Positions 14,520 through 30,356 of a DNA stretch of 64,000 nt are shown piece by piece (the stretch's first letter is position 1; each line of letters starts with the position of its first letter). The notes below the pieces were generated by a model. It saw nothing but the letters and a program-made list of their open reading frames with translations. It was not told the origin of the DNA and ran no database searches. This DNA is from Octopus vulgaris (Eukaryota), in assembly GCA_951406725.2 (NCBI GenBank), contig OX597836.1, positions 11,780,001 to 11,844,000 on the forward strand, in the 5' to 3' direction. Both the position numbers and the translations under genes were made by a program.

Positions 14520-15325
14520 TTGGTTATGATGATGATGATAATAATAATAATAGTAATGGACGACCGTCCGATTATCATTCGAGAATAAATATTTGGGGAT
14601 ATGAACTTGGCTGGCTCTTCATTAATATATTCAAACTCTTTATCATTAAAAATTGGTGTCGGCGTAAAATGAAGAACGCCATCTTGGATGGAAAAGAATT
14701 TTTCCTTCATTTTGCCGTTTCGTTTTTACTGAGTTTTTCAAGTTGATTTTGTTGGAGTTTTTTATTGTTGTTGTTGTTGTTGTTGTTGTTATTGCTTTGT
14801 TTTATTGTTGTTGTCGTTGTTGTTGTTGTTATTATTATTATCATCAGTATCATCGACTTTATTATTTGCTTCACCAAAGTTGTGAATATCATTCTATGCT
14901 TTACTCTGTCTATATCGGTAGCCAACTTGCAACGGTGCGGTCACATGCACGCACAAACACAGACACACTCACACACAAACACACACACAGACACTCACAC
15001 AATCACATGCACACTCACGCACATACATACACACACACAAACAAACTCGCACACTCACACACTCATACACACACACAAACACAAACACACACAAACACAA
15101 ACACACACTCGTACATACACACACTCACACCAACACACACGCAGACACTCACACACGCAGACACTCACACACGCAAACACAAACACACGCACTCACAGCA
15201 ACCCTCACTCACACCAACACACACGCATACACATGAACACACACACTCATACATACAAACATACATTCACAGAAACACACACACGCTCAAACATAGCTAA
15301 ATATACATGGATAACATATACAAAC

Positions 15326-15368
<43 letters not shown>

Positions 15369-15376
15369 ATAGATAG

Positions 15377-15436
<60 letters not shown>

Positions 15437-15967
15437 GCATATATATATACATATATATGTATATATACATACACACAAATATATACATACACACAAATAT
15501 ATCTATATACATATATATATATACATATATATATACATAAATATATATATATATATACATATATATACACATATATATATATATATTTATTTATTTATAT
15601 AAACATTACATAAAAATTCGTGTTCATGTATATATGTTCCTATTTATCTATCTATTTCCCTAAATATATATGCATACATATACATATGTATATATATGTA
15701 TCTATGGTTGTATGTGTGTATATGAACATTTCATATCAATTTATGCTCATCCATCATGGCGTAGAAGTGTTCGTGTATACGAGGGTGAACATATATGTTT
15801 GTGAGGAGGAAGGAGGTTGGATTGGTTGTGTTTCGTGCGTACGTTCGTCTGCATGCGTGACTAAGTCCGTGCCCCACAAATATATAATAAAATAGGCAAG
15901 ATATATATATATATATATATATATCAACATATATATATATATAGTAAATTATTAAATATATAACTAT

Positions 15968-16037
<70 letters not shown>

Positions 16038-16598
16038 AATTACTAAATATATATCTATAACTTTATGAACTCTTCAGAAAAGAGTTTTAAAAAAATAATT
16101 GAAATTTTCCGTTTTCTATCATCGTTTTAGAGAATGAAAATAGAACTGTTCAAAAATGTGTGTGTGTGTTTCGGTAAAAATGATTTTGTAAAGTCTAAAG
16201 ACTGATGCTGCCTTTGGTAAGAGTGGCGAAGGCTGCAGCGCTGTTTTAATTTAATCGGCTGAGTTATTTCGGAATTTGGTACATTTTAAAGAATAAAAGA
16301 TCTTATCTTCAAATTCATCATATTATGGAGTAATACATACATACAGTCATACATACACTCATACATACATACATACATAAATACATACATAAATTCATAC
16401 ATACATACATACATACATACATACATACATAATACATACATACATTCATACATACATACATACATACATACATACATACATACATACATAATACATACAT
16501 ACATGCATACATACATACATACATACATACATACATACATACATACATACATACATACATACATACATACATTCATACATACATACATATATACATAT

Positions 16599-16629
<31 letters not shown>

Positions 16630-16909
16630 CATACATACATACATACATTCATACATACATACATACATACATGCATACATGCATACATACATACACACGT
16701 AATTACACACGTACATACACGCACATACATACACGCATGCATACATACATACACACATATATACATGTGTGTGTGTGTGTGCGAAACACATTCAGTCATT
16801 CAAACATACAGGTATATACACATTTATATATCGCTATAAACGCACACATATACATAGATATATATACACGAATACAGTGCAGGTACACACACACACAAAC
16901 ATATATATA

Positions 16910-17302
16910 CTCTTTTACTCTCTTTTACTCTTTTTACTTGTTTCAGTCATTTGACTGCGGCCATGCTGGAGCACCGCCTTTAATCGAGCAACTCGACACC
17001 GGGACTTATTATTTTTTGTAAGCCCAGTACTTATTCTATCGGTCTCTTTTGCCGAACCGCTAGGTAACGGGGACATAAACACACCAGCATCGGTTGTCAA
17101 GCAATGCTAGGGGACAAACACAGACACACAAACACACACAAGCATATATATATATATATAAATATATACGACGGGCTTCTTCCAGTTTCCGTCTACCAAA
17201 TCCACTCACAAAGCTTTGGTCGGCCCGAGGCTATAGTAGAAGACACTTGGCCAAGGTGCCATGCAGTAGACAAGCTACTTACCACACAGCCACTCCTGCG
17301 TC
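16910..17302 (-). mobile_element. SINE-A
   Basis: Colinear with the reference copy. Confidence 0.9.
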
Positions 17303-17682
17303 TAATGCGTCTGTATGTATATAGATATATATATACATACATATATAAGCATATGTGTGTGTATCTATATACAGTATGTGTATGTGTATATACATTATAG
17401 TTGTCAATGTGTGAGCATACATATCATATGATATATACATGTATATAAATATATATGCGTTTATATGTGTGCGTGTGTGTACATATCTCTATGTGTATAT
17501 TACATCCGTATACGTCTATGTATATTTAAGTGTGTGTGTGCATATGTAGATGTGTGTACGTGCGCATATATATATGTGTGTGTGTGTGTGTGACTATATT
17601 TGTATACATCTTTGTACATACACATGCATATTTATATGCCTATATATATATATATATGCGTATATATATATGCATATATATA

Positions 17683-17717
<35 letters not shown>

Positions 17718-17806
17718 ATATGTATATATACCTATATATATATACATATACATGTATATATATATGTGTGTATACATATATATGCAAATATATATGAATG
17801 TATAAA

Positions 17807-17870
<64 letters not shown>

Positions 17871-18387
17871 TATAATATATATACGTAATGTACGCGCACA
17901 CACACGTATGTGTGTTTGTGTGTATCAACATATGTATACTAAAGTAAATCAGCATTTAACCGAAATTTTCATCATTCCTCACAAACCTATCTCTTTGACA
18001 TACGACTGCTTCCGTTCCTCCTCTCTCTCTCTCTCTCTCTCTCTCTCGCTTTTTTTTTTCTTAATAAAGACTTCACATATTTCATTTCTATCCCTTTATG
18101 TTTATTTCTAACAATAAATTTTGCAGATCTATCGGCGTTTCAAGACACTACACGGTATTATCTTCAGTATATTGTAGTTTTATTAGCGCTTTTTATGGGA
18201 TTTTTTTTTTATGATTTTAGGCGCGAATCTGCTTTATCTTTGGACTTTAAAAGGTCTATAAACATCGAAGGAGCAAAGATATTTATTGTTACAAACACAA
18301 TATAAATATCTGATATGAAATATGAAAAATCTTTAATAGAGAGTTGAAACCGGACGATAATGAAATTTAGATTTACAAAAGTCTCTC

Positions 18388-18493
<106 letters not shown>

Positions 18494-18494
18494 A

Positions 18495-18546
<52 letters not shown>

Positions 18547-18570
18547 CTCTTCTATCTATCTATCTATCTC

Positions 18571-18603
<33 letters not shown>

Positions 18604-18725
18604 TTATCTACCTATCTCTATCTCTAGCTACTATCTATCTATCTATCTCTCACGCACGAACATGCATGTATAAACTTTTCTTCTATAATCATCAGGGCTG
18701 ATATTTTGGGGGAGAGGACTCCAGC

Positions 18726-18769
18726 ATGTGGTTGGTTAGCAAGCTACTTACCACACAGCCACTCCTGCG

Positions 18770-18820
<51 letters not shown>

Positions 18821-18981
18821 GACGGGCTTCTTTCTGTTTCCGTCTACTAAATCCATTCACAGGTTTTGGTCGGCTCGTGACTATAGAAGTACACACCTGC
18901 CCAAGGTGCTACACAGTGGAACTGAACACGGAACCATGTAGTTGTGAAGCAAGCTTCTTACCACACAGACACGCCTGCGCC
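18726..18981 (-). mobile_element. SINE-A head fragment plus 5' half, separated by (TA)n
   Basis: Two head-containing pieces. Confidence 0.8.
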
Positions 18982-19299
18982 TAATCTATAAATTATATCT
19001 GAAAATCTCCGATAAAATACTCCTTAGTCGGCTGAAAAAGAATAAAACATATATATATAGTGATATACCCGTTCAGCGGATTCAAAGAATGTGCGATTCT
19101 TGTAAACTGGGAGGTAGCATTAGCCAGCAGCCCTCATAACGAATGGTACCACCACGGGGCAAAACAGAAGCTTATGTATTCCTTAAGTTTTTTACTAATT
19201 TCATCAAAGTGAATTTAGTGTGCTGTGATATATGTAAACACGTCTGTGTGTGTTTGTGTTCGTGTGTGTGTGAGCGTGTGTTGTTTTGTGTCTGCATTT

Positions 19300-19412
19300 G
19301 TCAACCGGTCCTTTTTTTTTATACGTCCCCGTAACTTAGCGGTTTGGCAAATGATCCCGGATAGTATAAGTACCTGGCAGAAACTGAGTACTGGGATTTA
19401 TTCTTTGGACTA
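19300..19412 (+). mobile_element. SINE-A core fragment
   Basis: acgtccccgtaacttagcggtt.ggcaaa motif. Confidence 0.7.
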
Positions 19413-19720
19413 AAAAAACTCTTTAAGGGGTTGTGTATGTGCGCGTGTACGCGCGTGAGGGCGTGTGTGTGTGTGTGTGTCTGTGCGTGTGTTGCGCATG
19501 TAAATTGCGTGAGTGCGTGTGTGTATGCGGGTGTGTGTCGCGTGCGTGTGTGTGTATGTGTGTTTGTCGCGTGTGTGTATGCATGTGTGTGCGTGTGTGT
19601 GTGTATGTGTGTTTGTGCGTGTGTACGTGCCTGTGTGTGTTCGTGTGTGCGTGTTTCTGCGTATGTGTGCCTGCGTGTGTATGCATGTGTATGGGTGTGT
19701 CTGTGTGCTTACGTGCGTTC

Positions 19721-19756
<36 letters not shown>

Positions 19757-20525
19757 GTGTACGTGTGTGTGTGCGTGTGTGGACGTGTGTGTGTGCGTAT
19801 GTAAATCTGTGGAGGCGTGGGGGGCGTGTGTGTGTACGTGTGTGTGTGTACGTGTGTGTGTGTGCGTGTGTGTACGTGTGTGCGCGCGTGTGTAAATCTG
19901 TGGAGGCGTGGGTGGGCGTGTGTGTGTGTGTGTGTGTGTGTAAACTTCAGTGCTGAGTGGACCAACAGAGAGTATTCTCTTCTGTTTACTTATCTGGAGT
20001 TATCTTAAAAAGGAAGAAGCTGGGTTATGGCAAGGATACAAAACTCCATCTTTGGAATGTAGATAACAAAAGCACATATTTTGAACCTAAGATAAGTCTT
20101 GCATAGTTTTACTGTTCTACTTATAGATTATATTTGTGATGTGCAAACCAGTTGGTAGATATTTCGTTTTTGGATTTGGTTAGCAAGATTCTTTATGTGA
20201 GTTCGTGTGTTGAAGCATGTTCTGTTGTGTCTGGGGAGAGTCATTTTTGTTTTTGTGTCTTATAATTTAACACACTCACCGGTAAAATATCCACTTGTTC
20301 CTTATTTTTATTTTCCTTAAATCTTCGTTGCGTCTTGCAACCTTTTCAGTTGGATAGACTATTGAAAATTTTGCAAGACGCAAAGAAAATTTTAGGAAAA
20401 TAATAATAAGGCATTGCAACCTTTTCAATAGTCTTGACTCTGTCCCTTATTTACGTTGCGTTCCCTTCAGCTTTACCAAATTGTCATGTTGGTATTTATT
20501 CACAAAACCACATGCCCGAATTAGA

Positions 20526-21103
20526 CGGCGAGCTGGCAGAAACGTTAGCACTACGGGCGAAATGCTTAGCGGTATTTCGTCTGCAGCTACGTTCTGAGTT
20601 CAAATTCCGCCGAGGTTCACTTCGCCTTTCATCCTTTCGGGGTCGATAAATTAAGTACCAGTTACACACTGTGGTCGATATAATCGGCTTAATCCGTTTG
20701 TCTGTCCTTGTTTGTCCTCTCTGTGTTTAGCCACTTGTGGGTAGTAAAGAAATAGGTATTTCGACCGTCGCTACGTTCTGAGTTCAAATTCCGCCGAGGT
20801 TCACTTTGCCTTTCATCCTTTCAGGGGTCGATTAAATTAAGTACCAGTTACGCACTGGGGTCGATATAATCGGCTTTATTTGTTTGTCTGTCCTTGTTTG
20901 TCCTCTCTGTGTTTCGCCCCTTGTGGGCAATAAAGAAATAGGTATTTCGTCTGCCGCTACGTTCTGAGTTCAAATTCCGCCGAGGTTGACTTTGTCTATC
21001 ATCCTTTCGGAGTCAATGAAATAAGTACCAGTGAAATACTGGGGCCGATGTGATCGACCAGTCCCCTTCTCCAAAATTTGTGCCTTAAGTAGAAAGGATT
21101 ATT
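20526..21103 (+). mobile_element. SINE-B trimer
   Basis: One head (GGCGAGCTGGCAGAAACGTTAG, A-box-like), then three bodies, each with a B-box (GAGTTCAAATTCC) and GCCTTTCATCCTTTCGGGGTCGATAAATTAAGTACCAG (resembles the recalled Deu/Nin domain). Confidence 0.9.
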
Positions 21104-21710
21104 GGTCTTCTTCATCATTGTCTTGTAACGACATTCACCCGGGAGGGGTTGTTACAGCAATCACCCGATAAACTAGCTGCATATTTCTCAATAGCTCAGC
21201 ATAGGTTTTTACCATATGTATGTACGTATGTACGTACGTACGCACATGTGTGCGTATGACTTAGTAATTCTCTAGGCGCAATCCAAAATACATTTCCCTG
21301 TATATATATATTAATTCACTTAACGAACTTATTGCATAGAATAAAAATAGGGCCATCACAAGAGTGTCAGATTCCAAACACCATACATTAAAATCAACAC
21401 TAAAACACCGATATGCAAGAAACAGACTGAAAAGCGAATATGCTGATGCTTAAAACATACGTATACATGCACGCATATAAATGTGTGTGTGCGTGTGTAT
21501 AATGCTTGTATATATATATATATATCTATACATATATATATATTTATGTTTATATATATATACATATATATATATATATACATATATACACATATATATA
21601 TATATATATTTATATATGCATATATATGTATGTATATATATGTGTATATATATATATATATGTATGTATATATATATGTATGTATATATATATGTATGTA
21701 TATATATATG

Positions 21711-21796
<86 letters not shown>

Positions 21797-21999
21797 ATCC
21801 TATTTCGGAGGACTCGATGCGCCAGGATATTTTTGCAATATGACCAAACTTATATTTGAAACTTCATTTGCAATGAATGGAGAAAAGAAGGAGAAGAAAA
21901 GAAATAGAATTTTAGCATTTCTCGACTATTTCGGTAAGTCCGATAATATGGCACGCACTAAAAAAAAAAGGTTCACCAATGAATATATATATACATATA

Positions 22000-22600
22000 G
22001 ACAATTTTTTTTTCTTCTCCTCCCGTTAATCGTAAATATGTCGCTTATGAAAAGGATAAGGAAAATAGTTTCTAATCAATGTTAGCAAGGCTGGATGTTA
22101 CATTGCTACTAAAGAGCTGGTTCAATCATATGCTTTTTCTTTTCGTTGTAGTTATTGCTTTTGTTATTCTCGCCCTGCTTTTTCTTATAGTCTATATTTC
22201 GTTAGTGAACATATTCCAATTTCTCTGGAAATCCACTTTTTAGCTACACATCATTACCAGAGCACACAGCATGATTAACTTCCTTGTTTTTGCTTTTCTA
22301 TATTGGATCTTCATCTGCAATGTATTTCTGATTAGATTTTTATAAACGTATGGCTTATAATTTCCATTACTACACCGTACGTTTTCAGCTTTTTATAAGC
22401 AATTCTTAGGTCAACCCTGATGTCAAAAATTTGACGATGCCTATATTATCATTAGTAATAACAGTAGTTCGAAACAGAATAGTTAAGTTACGTCTAAATT
22501 TGCCAAGAAAGTGGATATTAAATGTAACTGGTGATAGCCAGCTCATCATCTCTATATAACCGTAAACTAAGTTGGGTACTAAATTTATATACATAAAAAG
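22000..22600 (-). pseudogene. Degenerate PLE RT relic (GLYRDDGL type)
   Basis: Frameshifted peptides in the expected order: RLYRDDELAI (22533-22562), FLDIRVDL, NGNYKPY, KSGFPEKLEY, RKSI*LNQLFSSNVTS. Confidence 0.65.
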
Positions 22601-22774
22601 TACACACCAATCTTAAGTGACTCGATTCCATTGTAGCAACCAACATTAGTAGTACATGAGTACACAACAAAATTAACTACCTGGTCATATTTTTTTGGTG
22701 GGGGCGGTGTCTAATGAAGCTTTTCCCGTAAAGTATTCCTGGTCAGATTCCATTACTATGATATTGGTGCAGGC

Positions 22775-23511
<737 letters not shown>

Positions 23512-23544
23512 CAAACACACACGTTCATATATATGTGCTCATGC

Positions 23545-23581
<37 letters not shown>

Positions 23582-24351
23582 CGCACACATATGCACACAC
23601 ACACACATACACACGCACACAGAAACACACACACACACACACACATGCAAACATACAAAAAAAAACGCACACAAGTATACAATTACTCTCTATTTCAATG
23701 TCTCCATTACTGCAAAATCAACTGTAATGGAAGTTTAAGTGAAATATAAATGCACTTTTGTCCATCTTTAGGCAGCCAGACATATTTGCGTATAATTGTA
23801 TGTTTGTGTGTGCTTGCGAGGTTTCTCTTTAAATCTCTCCATCATGATACAAATGGAGTTATTGTTCGATGCATTAATTGGATATCTATGATAGAACATC
23901 TCCGTTTTTACTTTATTTTATGCTATTATATACTTGGTTTCTTTTCTTCAGAAAGCTTCTTCAATTTTGGTGGGGGTTGCTGTGTAAATATTTCTTCCAT
24001 TATTGGGGGTTTTTTTCTGTTTTTTCTTTCCTTTTTTTAGATAACCGACTTATCTAATTTCGTTTTACGAATTGCTATGATCCATGCAGCTGAGAGATTA
24101 ACTCATGTGTACAGTAGCGTTAAGCGGATTAGAGATAAATACCTCTTTGGATCAGATGTTGATTCATAGCAAGTATCCCTCCCACTAAAGCCAAATAGTT
24201 TTGTTTTGTTTTTTCCAAACAGAAAGGTGATGTTATCGCCATCATAGACCGTTCTTCTATAGAAATGTAACGGTATGAATATAATACACACACCCATACA
24301 CACACAAACACACATGTACGCACACACATGTATACATATATACGCACACTT

Positions 24352-24409
<58 letters not shown>

Positions 24410-24575
24410 AATCAAAAAGGGTGGATTATTAGCAATTAGAACCTGAAGACAAATTTAATAGAGGTCACAAAAGGGACGGAGGGTGCTGACTAGCCACGCT
24501 TTTGCTAAAGATAAGAGTTAAACTAACTCGAATGACACTAAAATACTATACTTTATTTCAAAATTTTGCCATATA

Positions 24576-25003
24576 GGCGCAGGAGTGACTGTGTGGTAAG
24601 TAGCTTGCTTACCAACCACATGGTTCCGGGTTCTTTCCCACTGCGTGGCACCTTGGGCAAGTGTCTCCTGCTATAGCCTCGGGCCGACCAAAGCCTGGTG
24701 AGTGGATTTAGTAGACGGAAACTGAAAGAAGCCCGTCGTATATATGTATATATATATATATATGTGTATGTGTGTGTGTGTGTGTATGTGTGTGTGTGTT
24801 TATGTGTTTGTGTTTGTCCACCAACATCATTTTACAACCAATGGTGGTGTGTTTACGTCCCCGTAACTTAGCGGTTCGGCAAAAGAGACCGATAGAATAA
24901 GTAGTACTAGGCTTACAAAGAATAAGTCCTGGGGTCGATTTGCTCGACTAAAGGCGGTGCTCCAGCATGGCCGCAGTCAAATGACTGAAACAAGTAAAAG
25001 AGT
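24576..25003 (+). mobile_element. SINE-A, full length (reference copy)
   Basis: tRNA-like head GGCGCAGGAGTG.CTGTGTGGTAAG...GGTTCCGGGTTC, internal microsatellite, 3' tail GGCGGTGCTCCAGCATGGCCGCAGTCAAATGACTGAAACAAGTAAAAGAG. More than 15 copies in the window. Confidence 0.9.
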
Positions 25004-25277
25004 GAAAGGGTAATAAAGGCATAACACAGAGTCGCTTGCGGGCTGGACAAAAACATTGATGAGATCAATGATGAAATAGGATGATATTGATATGAGAAGA
25101 CAAAAAACGCCCCCCGATTTTTTGCTTCTCTAAAACATTATTCTCCTTTTTTTATATACACAGAAAAAAGACAAAACGAGGTATTGAACCTCTTACTTTA
25201 GTTCCGTAGTTCATTCTTAATTGAGTCTCTGGGCCTTTTACAAACAATAAACTCAAAAGACAAAACAAAACAACAGA

Positions 25278-25698
25278 CCTATTTCTTTATTACCCACAAG
25301 GGGCCAAACACAGAGGGGACAAACAAGGACAGACATGGGTATTAAGTCGATTACATCGACCCCAGTTCGTAACTGGTACTTAATTTATCGACCCCGAAAG
25401 GATGAAAGGCAAAGTCGACCTCGGCGGAATTTGAACTCACAACGTAACGCAGACGAAATACCTATTTCTATTTCTTTATTACCCACAAGGGGCTAAACAC
25501 AGAGAGGACAAACAAGGACAGACATAGGTATTAAGTCGAATACATCGACCCCAGTTCGTAACTGGTACTTAATTTATCGACCCCGAAAGGATGAAAGGCA
25601 AAGTCGACCTCGGCGGAATTTGAACTCACAACGTAACGCAGACGAAATACCGCTAAGCATTTCGCCCGGCGTGCTAACGTTTCTGCCAGCTCGCCGCC
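25278..25698 (-). mobile_element. SINE-B dimer ending in linker
   Basis: Two bodies with about 180-bp spacing. Confidence 0.9.
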
Positions 25699-25704
25699 TT
25701 TTAT

Positions 25705-26585
25705 ACAAAACAACAGACCGAAGCATTAAACCTCTTGCTTTAATGTTGATACACAATACGAGGCACTGAGCCTCTTGATTTCTTCCGCCACGCCGTCACC
25801 CAACCAGGCTTAATGCCACACTCAAGCACCTCGATGGTGCTAGGTCGGGAATTTTTGGCAAAAAGCGAAATGTGTCCTCAGGGAAGAACTTCATTACCTC
25901 AAATACATTTCTTTCCACACGAACTCCACAGCTACCTGCGGAGGCCAATCAGGGTTCTTGATACAGGTACTATTAGGTTGTCCCAAAAGTTCGTAAACAC
26001 TTGCGAAAATTGAATTTTTACTCGCCAAGTACTAACAAAAACAGCAAAAATTATTCCTCAAAATAAAGACCATTATTTTCCAAGACTTTCTACGAACTTT
26101 TGGGACAACCTTATAATTCCTTCCCATCGACCTTTTTTATTAAACTTTTTAATCATTTTTTTGGATTTCCCCTCCCTTGTGGCACAGGGCTACAAATCCC
26201 ACCTCCACATAAGGTGAGTCCTCAAATCCTTCCTCCGGTGGCACAATTCTCACCTAAGGGGCTTCGGGATATGCCGGCAGTGTTGCCCACCTTCTTTCTT
26301 TTTTACCTTTTTCGAAGAGGTCTTCACCTCCTCGACTGCCTCTATCTCTCATTCCGATGGGGGAGCGGGGGGCACTGCTTCTATTAACTGCTCCAGGACC
26401 TTACCTTGGTCCTGGGGGCAGTTTTTCTTAATGTGACCCGGTTCCAGGCACTAAAACAGTATACTTAATGACCGACAAAGTTAGGTAAATCCCTAGCGTA
26501 TGTAGCTGTATCGGGACTTCGAATCTTGGAGTAGAGTACCTGAATTCTCATCCGTGGCTAGGGTTAAACTCACCTTCCTTTGTCA
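25705..26585 (-). pseudogene. LINE ORF1-like relic with CCHC zinc knuckle (Tx1/L1-like), split by a mariner MITE
   Basis: 26415-26458 minus reads CF-(1-nt deletion)-CLEPGHIKKNCP. The region is more GC-rich than its flanks. Family assignment is inference. Confidence 0.5.
25971..26115 (-). mobile_element. Internally deleted mariner (MITE)
   Basis: 25-bp TIRs including TA (TATTAGGTTGTCCCAAAAGTTCGTA / TACGAACTTTTGGGACAACCTTATA, 1 mismatch). Internal VLENNGLYFEE* matches a mariner transposase C-terminus. Confidence 0.85.
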
Positions 26586-26637
26586 GTCATTAAGTATAGT
26601 GCTTTAGTAGATTTGGAGTTAATTTAACTCTTATTTT

Positions 26638-26691
<54 letters not shown>

Positions 26692-26723
26692 CATATATAC
26701 ATACATATATATATATATACATA

Positions 26724-26770
<47 letters not shown>

Positions 26771-26778
26771 CATACATG

Positions 26779-26844
<66 letters not shown>

Positions 26845-26955
26845 CATATGTAACCAATGAAAAATATTGCAGTACAAATGTATTACTTTCCAGTAAAATA
26901 AAGCCCCATAAAAGTAGAAGTATTTATATTTATACTTATGTATACATATACATAC

Positions 26956-27034
<79 letters not shown>

Positions 27035-27087
27035 ATATATAGATACATATATATACATACATATATAGATAGATAGACATATATATG

Positions 27088-27137
<50 letters not shown>

Positions 27138-27617
27138 ATAAAAGCCATCCTTTTTCAAGTACTTTACATGTACTCTACTGAAAGCATGGAGTAATCCTTC
27201 AGTTCAATGTTAAATTGTTTTCGTATATAATTTGACGTGAAGCAAACATTACACACACACACACACACATACACACACACACACACTTACACACACACAC
27301 ACACGTACACACGTACACACACGATATTTTCCTCTGATACATATCGTAACGTAGCGAGTTATACTTCTTCTAAGAACATAAACTGGTCTGTCATTGCATA
27401 TTTATTTGCAATGTCAGGAATAAGTATTGACAGCTTTTGGAATAAAAACACTACGGTTTGTTTCCCTATCTCTGTCTGTATATATCTTTTTCCTTTTTAC
27501 TCTTTATTGCAAATAACCTCTTTCACTTTGAAAAATTTCTACAGGTTTTTCTTTCAAATTTTCAGAATTGTAGTGAACAGCAAAAACAACAAAACAAACA
27601 AACAAACAAACAAACGC

Positions 27618-27650
<33 letters not shown>

Positions 27651-28117
27651 TAAAATAAAAGAAAGAAAATAAAAGAAAATTTCTTTCAGATTCGTAACAT
27701 TTTTCCCCTCTCCGTCTTTCGTATTCAACTTCCGAATAATTAGAAAAGCATTTTCAACAATGATGTCACTTCGCAGGAAGGAAATTTCGTTTAAATTTTG
27801 CTCAGAATTTCTATATGTCGATGTTAAAAATAGATTCCAGTTTCCTCTATATTCCTTTTCATTGAGATAATCTTGCTTACATTCGCTTATTTTCGGATTC
27901 AGTTTTTTCTTCTTCTTTCACGAGCTTGCAGTAATTTCACTGCATCCGGTTAGCAATCATCTCTTCCGGTGTCATTTCCTTGTGGTCAACGACTCATTCT
28001 CTGAAATAGTTTTAAGTACGATGGAATCTGATGAGTCTGAAAGTTATCTCATTCGTGCATTCAATTTAAGAGCAAAGGAGCAGCGTAGAAGTGTATTAAT
28101 TATAATAATTTCATTCT

Positions 28118-28465
28118 GGGCGGAGGCAGGACTTTGCAACCTAGAGGTTTCGGGTTCGGTCCACAGTATCGCACCTTCTGCAAGTGTCTTCTATTCTACG
28201 ACCGAGGCGACAACAACCTTGGTTGGACGAACATTGTGGAAGCCCATCGTATATATGTATCTATGTATGTGTTTGTATTTGTCCCCCTCCCAACGGAAGA
28301 CAACCAATGTTGGTTTGTTTACGTCACCGCAGTTTAGCGGTCTGACAAACGATATCGCTACAATATGTATCAAACTTTTAAAAAATGGACTGGTGGTCGA
28401 TTTGTCTTGATCAAACTGTTCAAGGCGGTGCCCCAGCAAGGCCACAGTTCGATGACTTCAAATAA
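28118..28465 (+). mobile_element. Old diverged SINE-A
   Basis: Colinear head, core and tail with many substitutions. Confidence 0.7.
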
Positions 28466-28692
28466 AAAATAAATAAAGATAAAACCTAGTAAATTTACTG
28501 AGGTACCAGGTCTGAGTGCACAGGAGTGACCAGCTGCAATTTAACCAGATTTGTCTTACTTTCTTTGGGCCCTCAATGTCTAAAAGTGTCGTAGGAGCGC
28601 TGTTGTAATATAAGTTGTGTCTTGGGTATTTATAAGCTTGGCGAAGTCCTTTTTTCCACCTTGTTTCACATTTATGTGTTTACTCCGGTCTT

Positions 28693-28734
<42 letters not shown>

Positions 28735-28917
28735 TAGTTAGTTAGTTAATTTGGCTCAAAAGCAAATAGCAAGGCCATGTAGGGGGACATGGAGTTATGT
28801 ACAGGGTGGTGTTCATGTAAAGAGTTCAGGCCACTTGAGGTCAAGGGAGGCTTTGAACAAAGAGGTCGTCGGCATCTTCACCATCTCGTCATATATATAT
28901 ATATATATATATACTCG

Positions 28918-28971
<54 letters not shown>

Positions 28972-28980
28972 GTGTGTGTA

Positions 28981-29262
28981 TACGAAGTCTGATCAATAAG
29001 AATCCAGGCTTGCCATAGTAACAGAGCTATGGCAAGCAGAGTAAAGCCGCTAGTTAAAGATTGACCGTGAATTCTGCTGTGCATGCGCACTAAGTTTTGA
29101 CATACTGACTCACTTCCGCTGTTTACAGCAGTGCTTGGAAGGAAGGTGTGTAGCGTGTGAGCGTCGCATTGACCATGACAGAGAAAGTTGTCACGGTGAT
29201 ACCTGCTCAGAGGTTTACGCAAAGTTGCAGAAAGTGTATGGAGTGGAGTGTATGAACCGCAC
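28981..29262 (+). mobile_element. Mariner 5' fragment
   Basis: Starts TACGAAGTCTGATCAATAAG (TIR-like). MTEKV at 29175, then a deletion, then GDTCSEVYAKLQKVYGVECMNRT (transposase HTH). Confidence 0.75.
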
Positions 29263-29443
29263 TTAAGTTTACGTGTAGTTCTGACGTTTCTAATGTGTTT
29301 TGCACATTACTTAATCACCGTTATATTTTTATCTTATATTTAATATTTCTATTATATGTAATTTTCTAGACGGTGTAATTTAATTTTTCATTTTGAATTG
29401 ATAAAAGGTGTTTTTTTTTCTAATTTATATATATATATCTATA

Positions 29444-29612
<169 letters not shown>

Positions 29613-29628
29613 TTATATATATATAGGT

Positions 29629-29661
<33 letters not shown>

Positions 29662-29690
29662 ATACACATATATATATATACATACATACG

Positions 29691-29787
<97 letters not shown>

Positions 29788-30356
29788 GAATCAGCAGCAA
29801 GAATATTGAGACCTTATGATTAATACACAAACACACACACACACATATAAACGTGGGCGCGCACATACACAAACACGCACAGATGGAGAGGAAAGAAAAA
29901 GATATAGCCCAGCAGAATGCAAAACAAAAACAAAAAAAAAACAACAGTATAGCCGGCAAATTAAATTTTAAATTCGTGTTATATTTTCATTTTGTATTTA
30001 AAATTTAAAAAAAAATTTTTTTAAATTAAAATTTTTGAGTGAGGCCAAACACTTATATTGTTTCGAAAAACGACGCATTATAAACAAAACCATCATTTTG
30101 TTATTTAATTCATGGCGTTTTCCTTCAAACTACTTTAGAGTTTATAACAATAATTATTATTTTACAATTTTACTTTTAAACATGACAATCCAACATATGA
30201 ATTCTTTTTTTAATGTCTGCAACAAGTATCTCATTCTCTTTAGTCTAGACTTTATGATTGTAACATTATCTATTACTTTATTATAACCCATCTCTGTAGC
30301 CAACTTACTGTCTTTCACTAAGTTGGTGACTGTGTTAGCTTTGTGAGTAAAACAAA

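Noticed and set aside
20526-21103. SINE-B multimers as hammerhead retrozymes
   Set aside because: No CUGANGA...GAAA core on either strand of the repeating unit.
21840-22243. Two-exon 61-aa membrane microprotein (21840-21933 + 22152-22243)
   Set aside because: Splice sites and phase fit, but the hydrophobic second exon is the antisense of the PLE RT relic at 22.0-22.6 kb, and T-rich DNA encodes F/L/I by default.
27860-28010. In-frame TGA read-through or selenocysteine exon on the minus strand (DHKEMTPEEMIANRMQ*NYCKLVKEEE)
   Set aside because: Another stop lies just upstream, no suitable acceptor in frame, no SECIS or homology evidence.
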